From the NCBI RefSeq assembly GCF_000485595.1, contig NW_014577092.1:478200-516679 (forward strand): a DNA stretch of 38,480 bases, read 5' to 3'. Numbering within the stretch: the first letter of the stretch is position 1; every line of letters begins with the position of its first letter. Origin of the DNA: Priapulus caudatus (Eukaryota). This document shows positions 1 through 10,904 of the stretch, one piece after another. The position numbers and the translations under genes were made by a program. Below the pieces are notes generated by a model. The model was not told where the DNA came from and did no database searches. It worked only from the letters and a program-made list of their open reading frames with translations.

Positions 1-113
1 GTCTTTCTTTCTCCTCTCTCAACGCGCATCTCTCGCCTTTGGCATGTCGACATGTAATGCATGACCCCACCACCCCTTCTCTAGATCGCCAGACAAATCC
101 GTACCGTCGCAGG

Positions 114-352
114 CCAATCAGATCGGTGATCCAACCTGCGGTCGCCACGTGGGAACTTGTTAACATGCGCCACGTCAGCGATTAGTCAACTACCACTCTC
201 TCTAAGCTGGGAGCGCTGCATGGGGAGGGGAGGGAGCCTGTGTGGGGAGGGGAGGGAGCCTGCATTGACGAGGGTAGGGAGTCCTGCGTGGGGAGGGGAG
301 GGCCTGCGCTTGATGCTGGGGGGGGGGGCAATCACGGCTGCCGGAGGTAAGT
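114..352 (+). promoter_or_regulatory. Candidate promoter-like motif cluster (CCAAT box, ERSE-like, E-box, UPRE/CRE-like) followed by a consensus splice donor
   Basis: CCAAT at 114-118; CCAAC-N9-CCACG at 131-149; CACGTG at 146-151; CCACGTCA at 170-177; GAG|GTAAGT with the GT at 347-348. These are motif matches only, with no transcript evidence. Confidence 0.25.
221..328 (+). repeat. G-rich short tandem repeat (TGGGGAGGGGAGGGAGCCTG-like units), potential G-quadruplex
   Basis: Three to four imperfect copies with multiple GGG/GGGG runs, ending in a long poly-G run. Confidence 0.65.
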
Positions 353-872
353 GCGGGTTCGCATCGGTAAGATTCTCGTGCCCCTTGGTACTAAGCGTAA
401 CCTATACTGCTGGCCACAGGGTTTGGTGCGTGAAACTCCGCATGAGTAGACTGAGACCAGCATCTCGTCTCTCTATGCTATTTCTGATCGGCATGCCTCG
501 GCGCAGCAGACGAGAAATTACGGGCGAAGGAGCGCATAAGATCATTCCTGGAGCTATACAACTAATATGGCATCCGCCGTGCTTGCATGAAGTTTGCGGC
601 AAAAATGACAGCGGTGGAATAGTAACCAATTTCGCAACAATGAAGGTTGACAGGAGGGGAGAGGGAGACGTCCGCGAGAGAAGGGGAAGGCGAGAGAGAG
701 AGATGAGAGAGAGAGAGAGAGGGGGGGGTGGAGAGGGGGCACAGATTATGCATTCCCTTTTTTCCCTTTTTAAGGCCCCAAGAAATTTTTTTAAGACCTA
801 CCGAGGAAAAAAGAATTCCTCGATTAAGAAGTGAATATACGAGGCGTGTGTACGTTCGTCGCGCGGGAGTTG

Positions 873-967
873 CGTGTGCGTGCGTGTGTGTGTGTGTGTG
901 TGTGGGTGCGTGCGTGCGTGCCCGTGCGCGGCGCCGCGTAATATTTGTGCGTGCGCGTGTGTGCGCG
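873..967. repeat. (TG)n/(TGCG)n compound microsatellite
   Basis: Seen directly. Confidence 0.9.
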
Positions 968-1397
968 TCCGTCCTCGCTCCCTCCCTCCACATCATGCGC
1001 GCTCCGCTGCCAAACCACAGCCTCCCCCGGCGAAGCTGCAGCGGCAACGTGTACCGAGTTAACTCGTCACGTGCGCGTCAGCGCGCCACGCGATCTGCTC
1101 ACTTTGTTGTTTCACTCGGCGGCCCCATCGCCACGTAAAGCGCTCCCCCTCCGCTCAATTAGCCGCGCAGCGCTCCGCACTGTCCGCGCACCTGAAAAAT
1201 CCAATAGCTCCTTCATCAGCGATCGCACAACAACATCCACCGCGCCTGATGTAGCAGTGCATGCAAAATCGATCATCTCTCGTATGTGCGTGCGTGTGTG
1301 TGCAGCTAGGCTGCGCGCTCCGCTAATGCGCTTATTACTAATAAATGGTTGGAGTCGAATCATACGCTTGCTTGAAAGACGACGGAGGCATGTGGGC

Positions 1398-1465
1398 ATT
1401 ATATGATATTTATATATATATTATTATATATATATATATATACAACTAATGATAATAATATATCA
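1398..1465. repeat. (AT)n low-complexity tract
   Basis: Seen directly. Confidence 0.85.
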
Positions 1466-1929
1466 TAGTAAATATACATATACATGTATACCATATAACA
1501 TAGTACATGATACCATTAGTACACTTTCATTCCGTACACTTTCAGCTGTATTCGCCCGCCATACAGTCGCACGTTGACAACGTTTACGCGGACTGTATAC
1601 GCAGGTTGTACGTGACGCAGATGCAACGTGAACGCAGATGCAACAAAACATGGGGCATCGAGAATCCGTATATACACATTCCGTAGTACACGACGTCTTT
1701 CCTATTCATTTAGTATATGACACGCGCGCCTTGTTTACGCGGGGGCTCGCGAGCGACGCCCTCAATTCGCTCTAGATCTATGCGCGACGTCGCCCCAGTA
1801 GCACGCGCCACAGTCCTTTAGCGAGAGGCGGGCGCCTTATGAATGTAAGAGACCAGCATGTTGACTGTATAAGCGGCATACTCTCGAAGTATAAGGCATT
1901 AAAAACGAAGACGCTCGAACCGTGTGGCA

Positions 1930-2144
1930 TTATCAGTATATAGTCATAAAATGTGGGGGGCATTTCAGTATAAGGGGCACTATCAGTATAGGAACATTGA
2001 TCAGTACGGGCCACTACGATAAAAGGGAATTATTCAGTCATAGTCCTATCAAATGAGACATATCGTATATAGTCGGAAATGGGAGTAGGCGAAATGAGAA
2101 TATTGCCGATTCTGAGAGTAGGGGTAAATGGGAGTAGGCGAAAT
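1930..2144. mobile_element. Probable decayed non-autonomous transposon fragment with short internal repeats
   Basis: Repeated TCAGTATA motifs (~1933-2007) and a duplicated AAATGGGAGTAGGCGAAAT (2077-2095 and 2126-2144). No TIR or TSD resolved. Confidence 0.35.
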
Positions 2145-2410
2145 ATCGCGCAATAAATGCATTATCTGACACATCAACGTATTATCACGTATAGGAAGGA
2201 GACTGAAGCGGTGATGTTTGCACTGTACTACGTACGTGTTCAGCACGTTTCACATCGTTCCATCATTCATTCTACAGCGCTAGCTAGCTAGCTAGCCACG
2301 TATCATCATCAGCCGACTATGTGCGCGCGCGCGCTCGCAGCAAATTCAATAATAAGGAAACCGACATCTACACATTGGCCGCGCGCGCTCTCACAAAGAC
2401 CGGCAGAATA

Positions 2411-2543
2411 CTCTCTCTCTCTCTCTGCCTTGCTGCGCGCTCTATCTCTCTCTAACACACACCGCTCTCTCTCTCTATCGCTCACTCTCTTTTTCTCTCT
2501 CTCTCGTACACACACACACCGCTCTCTCTCCCGCTATCTCTCT
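2411..2543. repeat. Imperfect (CT)n microsatellite
   Basis: Seen directly. Confidence 0.85.
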
Positions 2544-2551
2544 ACCCCTTC

Positions 2552-2654
2552 CAGGGGTGTATCCAGGATTTTTTCTGGGTGGGTCGTGATCATAATTTTT
2601 TGGACCTTTTCACAATGAAATAGCAGCAAGATGTGATTACAATGTCAATACAAT
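2552..2654 (+). mobile_element. Left end of a MITE related to the 2655-2841 element
   Basis: Begins CAGGGGTGTATCCAGGATTT, similar to CAGGGGCGTGTACAGGATTT at 2655. The right end was not found. Confidence 0.45.
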
Positions 2655-2841
2655 CAGGGGCGTGTACAGGATTTGTACCAGGGGGGGGGGGGTCTAACCG
2701 TAACCCAAACTTGGCAGCACGCGAAGGGGAGGTTTGGGGGGCCCTCCCCCAAGAAAAATTTTGAAATTAGACCTCCTTAGATGCGTTTTCTGCGCGAGCA
2801 GGGGGGTCCGGACCCCCTGAACCCCCCTGTACACGCCCCTG
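2655..2841. mobile_element. MITE (187 bp) with perfect 16-bp TIRs; CAG...CTG ends are hAT-like
   Basis: CAGGGGCGTGTACAGG (2655-2670) and CCTGTACACGCCCCTG (2826-2841); flanking ACAAT on both sides (2650-2654, 2842-2846); internal GGGGGTCCGGACCCCC palindrome. Confidence 0.85.
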
Positions 2842-2940
2842 ACAATTTAATTAAAACAAAAAAATTTTGTTTAAAAAAAAAAATTCTCAGTTAAAAAAAA
2901 AAGTTTCCTGACTCAGTTGAAAACAGAGTTTTTTGAACTT

Positions 2941-3001
2941 TTTGTCTTTATCTTGTCTTGTCTTGATCTTGTCTTGTCTTTGTCTTTGTCAGTCTTTGTC
3001 T
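2941..3001. repeat. (TTGTC)n/(TTTGTC)n microsatellite
   Basis: Seen directly. Confidence 0.8.
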
Positions 3002-3078
3002 CTCTTTTATGAAACAAAATTTTGTTTAAAAAAACACACTTTAAGAATTGCTGGAATTGGGATAGATTTACGTCACGT

Positions 3079-3088
3079 NNNNNNNNNN
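3079..3088. other. Assembly gap
   Basis: N run. Confidence 1.
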
Positions 3089-3183
<95 letters not shown>

Positions 3184-3206
3184 CACGCACGCACGCACAT
3201 ACACAC
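3089..3206. repeat. (CA)n microsatellite
   Basis: Seen directly. Confidence 0.95.
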
Positions 3207-3954
3207 TGACAGTTCAGCAATTAGCACCGGCTTCAAAATAGACATGACACACAGGTCTGACGCGGGTAGGGGCGCCGGGGGAGTGGAGGGAGGAGGGAGG
3301 AAAAACGGAGGAGAGGAACATTGAAGATCGGGCAGAAATGAGAAGGTGAGAAAAAACAGAGACCGGAATGAGTCGAGAATGCGAGGAGAAGAGAGGAGAA
3401 AGACAACGGAAAAGAAAGAAACGAAGACAGGAATAAGAGTCTGAAAAAAAGAGGAGAGATGCACGTAGTGATTAAAAATGATCGTAGGAAGGGAGAAAAG
3501 AAATGAGATGAAGGCATGATGGTATACAGAAAGAAGCAGGCGGAGGAGGGAGGCGAATACAATCGCAAGCTGATGATACAGAGCTCGCTGCGCCAGCCGC
3601 TCTCTGCCGACTGTACTACGTTATAAGGTCGTCTTGTCATCTCGCAGCACACACGCACGACCGACCGAGACAAGCAGCTGAAATGTGCGACCGTGTGACA
3701 AATGCGCTGATGTGACACTCGAGCGACTGCCGCGTCTCTGACCGAGCTGACACGCATTCAGGCGCGCTATGTGCAGCGAAGACGAACAAATGCACCGCGC
3801 CGAAAGAATAGCGGGGGAAAATAATGCATTCGCTAGCTAGTTGTGCGATGTCCGTGTGAAAGCGTAGAGACAGATTCCTACGAAATGACCACCGTTCTAG
3901 CACCCCAGCAAGAATAGCCCTCAGCGGCGATTCCCGCGAAATGATCTTACCGTA

Positions 3955-4151
3955 CCGACCCCTGTGAGGTGACCTCTGTATCGTTACACCCTGTACTATC
4001 ACCACTGTGCAATGACCAATGTACGGTGACCCCTGTGATGGCCAATGTAAGATGACCACTGAGTGATTATCCTTGTGATGACCTCTGTTCGATGACCCTG
4101 ACCTCTGTATGATGACCTCTGTTCGATGACTTCTGTTCGACGACCCGTGTG
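3955..4151. repeat. Degenerate ~14-bp minisatellite (GATGACCTCTGTTC-like)
   Basis: Recurrent TGACC(T/C)CTGT units, most homogeneous at 4077-4145. Confidence 0.75.
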
Positions 4152-4166
4152 TTAACAGCTCCCACG

Positions 4167-4367
4167 CACAGGCACTTGAAGCGTTTCAACTGTAAACACA
4201 CGCCGCCGCCATTGCGCGCACACTGACACATAAATATATATTATATATTTATTTGTCAGTGTAATATTAATAATATTATATATAAATATATATTATATAT
4301 TTATGTGTCAGAGTGTGCGCGCATGGCGGCGCGTGTGTTTACAGTTGAAACGCTTCAAGTGCCTGTG
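4167..4367. mobile_element. Foldback MITE (201 bp) with long TIRs and an 8-bp TSD; P-element- or hAT-like
   Basis: The outer 37 bp are perfectly inverted (CACAGGCACTTGAAGCGTTTCAACTGTAAACACACGC), and the arms continue to ~85 bp with small indels. TSD is CTCCCACG (4159-4166) / CTCCCATG (4368-4375). Confidence 0.9.
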
Positions 4368-4617
4368 CTCCCATGCAGGTGACAGCTACATATCGCGCTA
4401 CACGCGTAAATATATTCCGATCGTAAAGACGTAGAAATTGCGTTTCAACGATGCGAATTCGTCCAAAACGAAGGTCTGCCGTGAATTATAACAATTACGT
4501 CGACCGATTATGCGAGAGATGGCGACCCACAATCCGATAGAACTAGCAGTTGTGCCCGAGAGAAGGCGTTATAGATCTTGAGTCGATGCTATGCTATTCA
4601 ACGATTCTTCGTTAGTC

Positions 4618-4791
4618 TGTATTCCGTATTGCGTATTCGCTTGCGTAGTCGTATTGCGTATTACGTTTACGGTATTGCGTATTGCGTATTGCGCTATTGC
4701 GTATTGCGTATTCGCATTGTGTAGTCTGTATTGCGTATTCCGTACTGCGTATCCCGTATTGCGTATTTCGTATTGGCGTATTCCGCATTGT
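4618..4791. repeat. Degenerate 7-bp tandem repeat (GCGTATT)n
   Basis: About 20 or more imperfect GTATTGC/GTATTCC units. Confidence 0.85.
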
Positions 4792-4888
4792 ACGGCCTGC
4801 ACATGACGAGACGACTGCGAAGCCAGGCGAGACATCGCAGTCACGTGATCGCGTCTCCCTTACGACGAATAAACTGGCACGCCGCGTA

Positions 4889-4971
4889 TAGACTGTTCCT
4901 GTCGCTTTACTGCGTTAACAGACAGGGAACTCGTTCCATAACGAAGTGAAGAGACGGTGTGAGTCAGTCTA
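4889..4971. mobile_element. Tiny MITE (83 bp) with TAGACTG...CAGTCTA ends; Academ-like
   Basis: 7-bp TIR. Flanks ACGCCGCGTA (4879-4888) and ACGCCGCGCG (4972-4981) match at 8 of 10 positions. The right end shares TAGACTGACT with the 25687 element. Confidence 0.6.
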
Positions 4972-5256
4972 ACGCCGCGCGTGCACCCAGATTACCTAGA
5001 AATCCTTGATGAAAATGAAGTCATTGATCTTTTAGAAGTTAAATTGACCGGCGTATTTGCTCTGATTTTCACTAAGCTATTCTGCGCTTGTAGCTACTGC
5101 AACATATAACACCCCACAGACGCAGGTGTGCAGAGAACAAATGAGAAATCATATTTACGGAAAACGTATTCGCAGAGGAACCGGTGCTGTCAATACCACG
5201 AAGAATAAATAAGTCGCTGAGTTTTTTGTTACCCTAAACCCAGTAATGTGCATACA

Positions 5257-5281
5257 NNNNNNNNNNNNNNNNNNNNNNNNN
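5257..5281. other. Assembly gap
   Basis: N run. Confidence 1.
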
Positions 5282-5289
5282 TAATATTT

Positions 5290-5290
5290 A

Positions 5291-5373
<83 letters not shown>

Positions 5374-5478
5374 CTCTCATTCATTTATTTATTTATTCAT
5401 TCATTCATTCATTCATTCAATCCTCCATTCATGCATCCATTTATATATTCATTCATGCATTTATTTAGTTATTTATTT
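5290..5478. repeat. Compound microsatellite (ATCT)n-(CT)n-(ATTC/ATTT)n
   Basis: Seen directly. Confidence 0.95.
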
Positions 5479-5749
5479 GCGCAGTATAGTATATGCTTGC
5501 CGTCCAACCTAAATTTGCTCGTGCACTAAATTTGGTCCTGTTACCGATCCCACTACTGGTCATCAATACACACATGGTTAGAGTTAAGATCATTTATACG
5601 AAGCTCGCAATTCTATTTACCAAGAGAACAGCTCCGCGGGACATCCGCGAAACGAGAACGAGTCGACTGCTGCGAGTGCGTCCCGTTTGTAAATTCCTTC
5701 CACGCACGCACGCCACCCATAACTGGGAGCGAGCGTTCGCATGCATCGG

Positions 5750-5796
5750 CATCGTCGTCGTCATCGTCGTCGTCATCGTCATCGTCATCGTCATCA
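5750..5796. repeat. (ATCGTC)n/(GTC)n microsatellite
   Basis: Seen directly. Confidence 0.85.
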
Positions 5797-5873
5797 CCAG
5801 TAGACTCCCAAGTGGCAAAAGTTGTCGCCGAAAACGTTCGATATTTGCGATGCCCGAGGGATGAATGCGCCGG

Positions 5874-6166
5874 AAGAGAGAGAGAGGGAGAGGGAGAGGG
5901 AGAGAGAGCGAGAGCGAGCGAGCGAGAGAGGGGGAGATATTTAGAGCGAGCGAGCGACAGAGCAGGGAGAGAGAAATCGATCGAAAGAGAGAAAGCACGA
6001 AGACGACAGAGAGAAGACGAGAGAGTGCGCGAAAGAGAGAGAAATAGCATGCAGGAGAGAACGAACGAAAGAAAGCGTGGAGAGAGATAATGCGCGTAGA
6101 ACAGATAGAGAGCATGCGCGAAGGGGCGAGAGAGCATGTGCGAAAGAGATAGACAGGGAGAGAGAG
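5874..6166. repeat. Degenerate (GA)n polypurine tract
   Basis: Seen directly. Confidence 0.8.
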
Positions 6167-6313
6167 TGCAAAACACTTAAACAACAGAAAGTATCTCAGC
6201 GCGAACGAAACCGGCTGATCATGGCAAGGTCGTGGATGGTCGCGAGGGTAGTGCATGGCAGGGGACTCGTGGGTAGCAGAGGCCCGTGGATGGCAGGGCA
6301 TCGCAGAAGACAT

Positions 6314-6643
6314 GGGATCGTAGAAAGCAGGGGGTAGTGGATGGTAGGGGATCGTATAGAAGGCAGGGGTAGTGGATGGTAGGGGATCGTAGAAGGCAGG
6401 CGTAGTGGATGGTAGGGGATCGTATAGAAGGCAGGGGTAGTGGATGGTAGGGGATCGTAGAAGGTAGGGGGTAGTGGATGGTAGGGGATCGTAGAAGGCA
6501 GGCGTAGTGGATGGTAGGGGATCGTAGAAGGTAGGGGTAGTGGATGGTAGGGGATCGTAGAAGGCAGGGGTAGTGGATGGTAGGGGATCGTAGAAGGTAG
6601 GGGTAGTGGATGGTAGGGGATCGTAGAAGGCAGGGGTAGTGGA
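6314..6643 (+). repeat. 33-bp G-rich minisatellite running into a gap
   Basis: About 10 copies of AGTGGATGGTAGGGGATCGTAGAAGG(C/T)AGGGGT, with more decayed copies upstream (~6225-6313). Confidence 0.95.
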
Positions 6644-7251
6644 NNNNNNNNNNNNNNNNNNNNNNNNNNNNNNNNNNNNNNNNNNNNNNNNNNNNNNNNN
6701 NNNNNNNNNNNNNNNNNNNNNNNNNNNNNNNNNNNNNNNNNNNNNNNNNNNNNNNNNNNNNNNNNNNNNNNNNNNNNNNNNNNNNNNNNNNNNNNNNNNN
6801 NNNNNNNNNNNNNNNNNNNNNNNNNNNNNNNNNNNNNNNNNNNNNNNNNNNNNNNNNNNNNNNNNNNNNNNNNNNNNNNNNNNNNNNNNNNNNNNNNNNN
6901 NNNNNNNNNNNNNNNNNNNNNNNNNNNNNNNNNNNNNNNNNNNNNNNNNNNNNNNNNNNNNNNNNNNNNNNNNNNNNNNNNNNNNNNNNNNNNNNNNNNN
7001 NNNNNNNNNNNNNNNNNNNNNNNNNNNNNNNNNNNNNNNNNNNNNNNNNNNNNNNNNNNNNNNNNNNNNNNNNNNNNNNNNNNNNNNNNNNNNNNNNNNN
7101 NNNNNNNNNNNNNNNNNNNNNNNNNNNNNNNNNNNNNNNNNNNNNNNNNNNNNNNNNNNNNNNNNNNNNNNNNNNNNNNNNNNNNNNNNNNNNNNNNNNN
7201 NNNNNNNNNNNNNNNNNNNNNNNNNNNNNNNNNNNNNNNNNNNNNNNNNNN
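6644..7251. other. Assembly gap
   Basis: N run. Confidence 1.
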
Positions 7252-7306
<55 letters not shown>

Positions 7307-7376
7307 GCCCCCCTTTCTTGCCCTCTCTCTCGCGTTCTCTTTCTCTCGCTCTCCCTCTCGCGCGCTATCTCTCTCG
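7252..7376. repeat. (CT)n microsatellite
   Basis: Seen directly. Confidence 0.95.
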
Positions 7377-7613
7377 CACCCATGCGCGCACTCTCTTTGT
7401 ATATATCTTTCTCCTCCGACTTGGTCGAAAACGAGTGCAAATCAGTACAGATAAGGCTATAGACCGAATCGAACTGCTTCGGCTAGTGCCCTTGGGACAA
7501 ACAACGTCAATGCGGCCGTAAAATCGTACGCACATGGCGAGGAAAATGTTTTCCCGTTCCCTTCTTCTGCAACATTTATTACACCTCTGTCTTTACAGCT
7601 ATCAGCAAGTAAA

Positions 7614-7660
7614 TGTGTGTGTGTGTGTGTGTGTGTGCGTGCGTGCGTGCGCGCGCGTGT
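7614..7660. repeat. (TG)n-(TGCG)n-(CG)n microsatellite
   Basis: Seen directly. Confidence 0.9.
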
Positions 7661-9199
7661 ATGTGGCGAATAAATTGAAGCGACGTGCTATATACCCTTT
7701 CAGTCGCACGCTTCGGTACAAATATTTGACTACTTAAATACATATCGCGTATGTAGTCGTGCTACAATAACAGCACGCGGTCGCATATATATAGTCACAT
7801 GTACGTATGAACGACGTCCGCATGCATGCCCACAGGATATTTGCATCGGGTATACGCAGAACATAAATGTCAGTTCACTCACCTATAGTACTCTCAGACT
7901 CGCACTAGTTTGGTCTCGCAATAGCGAGCAGAGTGAATCTAGTACAATACGCGCGCGAGAGCCACTTTACACTTGGCTGTTGGTATATTATGTGCATCGC
8001 GCAGGCGTTGTCGGGTCACTCACTGCTCACGCATACCTCTCTACCGCAACTTGGTCTGTACGAAAAGGCCTCGGCGAAGTCCCCCTGCAACGCCTTAATT
8101 CGAGTCAGTGTTATGCTCAACAGAAGGAACATAAGCGTCCATGCTTCTATTTCGCATGCGTACCTACCTTGCAATCAATTAGCGCATAATAATCACATGA
8201 TGTTATTCGGACAGAAACCCTACCATAGTACTGTATTATTGCACGGTCTCTACATATATTATATTATACACTCGCTCTAAATACACATATACATGTATGA
8301 CGCACGTTTATGTGGCTATATTCGACATGAGCAGAGGCTGAAGACGCGTAGGGCGCGAGGGAAACCTAAGAAATGTAATTGTACGTGCAAGCGCAATCAT
8401 GAGCAGGATAACATTTGCTAATGGACTGCTGGCGTAATAAAATGTATTGTGACGTAATGCATGGAAACTTAACGTAAAATAACGCAATGCACTATAATAT
8501 AGATTTCATAAAATATAATGAATTTGAAACGGTCGGCACATACGGAAACGTGTATAGGTGGAAACGCGACATCGCCGCGTACAGAACCTCAATGTATACC
8601 CCTTTATCCCACCATTCTTGATTCCCGTAGAACGTATACACACACATATACAACCAGACATTCTCGCCCTAGTTCTCAACCATCCACTCACTAGACCACC
8701 CCTCAGCGCAGCTATACGAATTCAAAATAACACGATAAATAAATAACAGCGGAAATAGATCGCCCGAAATATATTGTTCAGTGATTTATCTGACGTGCTA
8801 CATATTTATGTTAAGACCCATATCAACCCAGGTATACAGCCCTCTGCGCGATACAACAGAATCGCAACAACAATATTCACGCGCGGAATAAATTTTGGCG
8901 TAGAGAGGAAGACGACAGTGATCAGAGGAAGCCGATAGCGAGTTCTCCACTTGTGCCAATTACGTCGACCAAGTCACTAGTAAGAGGGCAGCACGCATAC
9001 CGTCTACATTGACGCTGTCGGTAATCTTGGCGATGGAATTAGAAAGCAGTACGCGTCTGACCCCGACAACGCAAGAATTCGGGATAAAGAAATGTCGCCG
9101 AGCGCAGCAGCTTCGTATATATAGCGCCAGCAGCCATAAGGCTGAAAGTCGATTAACACAATACGCGCGATTCAAGCGAACATACGGCGTCTACACGGC

Positions 9200-9519
9200 G
9201 TACACGCGTACGCGCGCACGCACTCACGCACGTATGCACGCACGCCCTCACGCACGTATGCACGCATGCACGCACGCACGTACGCACGAACGCACGTACC
9301 TACGAGCGGCGGAACCACGAAATCCGTTTGATTACAGCTTCCCAGCCACGCAGCGCTCCCCTTTCTCTCTCGCTCACCTTCTTTCCTCCCCCACCTCCGT
9401 CTCTCTCTCTCCCTACCCCTCTCTATCTCCTTTTCCCTTTCTATTTCTTTATCTATCTCGCTGCCTCGCCCTTCTCTTCCACTCTCTCTTTAAATATTTC
9501 TCTCGCTCTCTCTCCTTTA

Positions 9520-9561
<42 letters not shown>

Positions 9562-9632
9562 ATCTCTCTCTCTCTTTCGCGCTCTCTCTCTCTTTCTCTC
9601 GCCCTTCCTTCTGTTGCCCTGCCTCTCTTGTC
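9200..9632. repeat. (GCAC)n tract followed by a long (CT)n polypyrimidine tract
   Basis: Seen directly at 9200-9300 and 9358-9632. Confidence 0.85.
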
Positions 9633-10273
9633 TCACGCATGAAGAGCGCGTTCTTGCGGCTGTCGGCAAAACGAGAATTAATTATTAGCGCGCTCTCCTA
9701 ACAACGCGGCACGAATTAGTGCACAAATGCAGACGGATCCACCGACAGAAAGAACTACACGCTACCGATCGAAAAACACATGATGAGACGGCAACATCAA
9801 AGCACTGCACTACCGTTCAATCGGCAGTCGCCCCCACGAGAGAAACCGCATAAGCGCGCGCCGCATCGGAGGCGAAATTAATGTGTCCACGACGTACACG
9901 AGACGTATGTCAGACGCGATTAAAGTGGCCCGGGGAGAGCGGCTATACGGTTTATACTGGAACGCACACGAAATACGTGCAAGAAACAGTGATATATGTT
10001 CAAGAATGGGCTTGGCGATGGTTTGTAGTGGGTTACGTACCAGGGAATAAATATAGAAAACAGTTACGCCGGATTAAACAAAGTAACGAAATTCAACGTA
10101 ATTTACAGTAGAGCACACCAACGAACAAATAAAAACTGTGATACATAACTGAGGATGATTGTGGTTTAGAGCTAAAAAAACAGTGATAATAAGATTAAAA
10201 AATAAACGAATGCCAGTGTGGTTTTCAGTAGAACGCGCAGTGGAGATCAGGGATCCAGTATAAATATACATCC

Positions 10274-10342
10274 ATATAATATAAATAATAATATAATAAT
10301 ATAATAATATAATAATAATAATATAATATTAATAATAATATA
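10274..10342. repeat. (AAT/ATATA)n AT-only low-complexity tract
   Basis: Seen directly. Confidence 0.9.
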
Positions 10343-10859
10343 ATAATATAATAATATATAAACTCCATAGTTATAGGAGGAAAGATTTGCATGGTGAAAC
10401 ACAGTGGTATAGGATCAACGAAGTAGACTTGATATGTTGATAACTGATATATCGAGGTAATTTTTGGTAGAACGTATGACCGAGTAAGGCCTATATAGAA
10501 AACAGACAAACAATTAAAAAATTATTACACCAGCGTCTATAGTGGAATTTATCAAATAATAACTTAAAACCACAAAGTATTAAACGATTTTAAGTCCAAA
10601 TTAATTAAATAGGTTTTATAGTAATGCGTATTGAGAGATGCATACAAAACCGTGATTAGAGGAAGAAATGAACGGCAATACATCTCTTGTGGTTGGCTTA
10701 AAAGCCATGCAAGAACGCGTAAGGAACTGTCACCAGCTGCAACACGCGTACTGTTTCGCCAATAGATCGGCAAGAACACGAAAAACCGATAAGCTGAGAA
10801 CAGTGTTACACCAAGCATCGTCTGATTTGCCGAAGTAAATTTTCAGAAACCAAGCCTGG

Positions 10860-10871
10860 GTATATATGCAT

Positions 10872-10904
<33 letters not shown>

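Noticed and set aside
157..834. 225-aa ORF
   Set aside because: Non-ATG start, includes G-run and (GA)n-derived sequence, and has no recognisable domain.
6314..6643. 33-bp repeats as a CRISPR array
   Set aside because: Head-to-tail tandem repeat with no unique spacers, no cas genes and a eukaryotic context.
6196..7440. 414-aa ORF with PLPLPSTIPYH repeats
   Set aside because: Artefact of the N gap, (GA)n and the 33-bp minisatellite.
9009..9701. 230-aa ORF
   Set aside because: Mostly translation of (GCAC)n and (CT)n.
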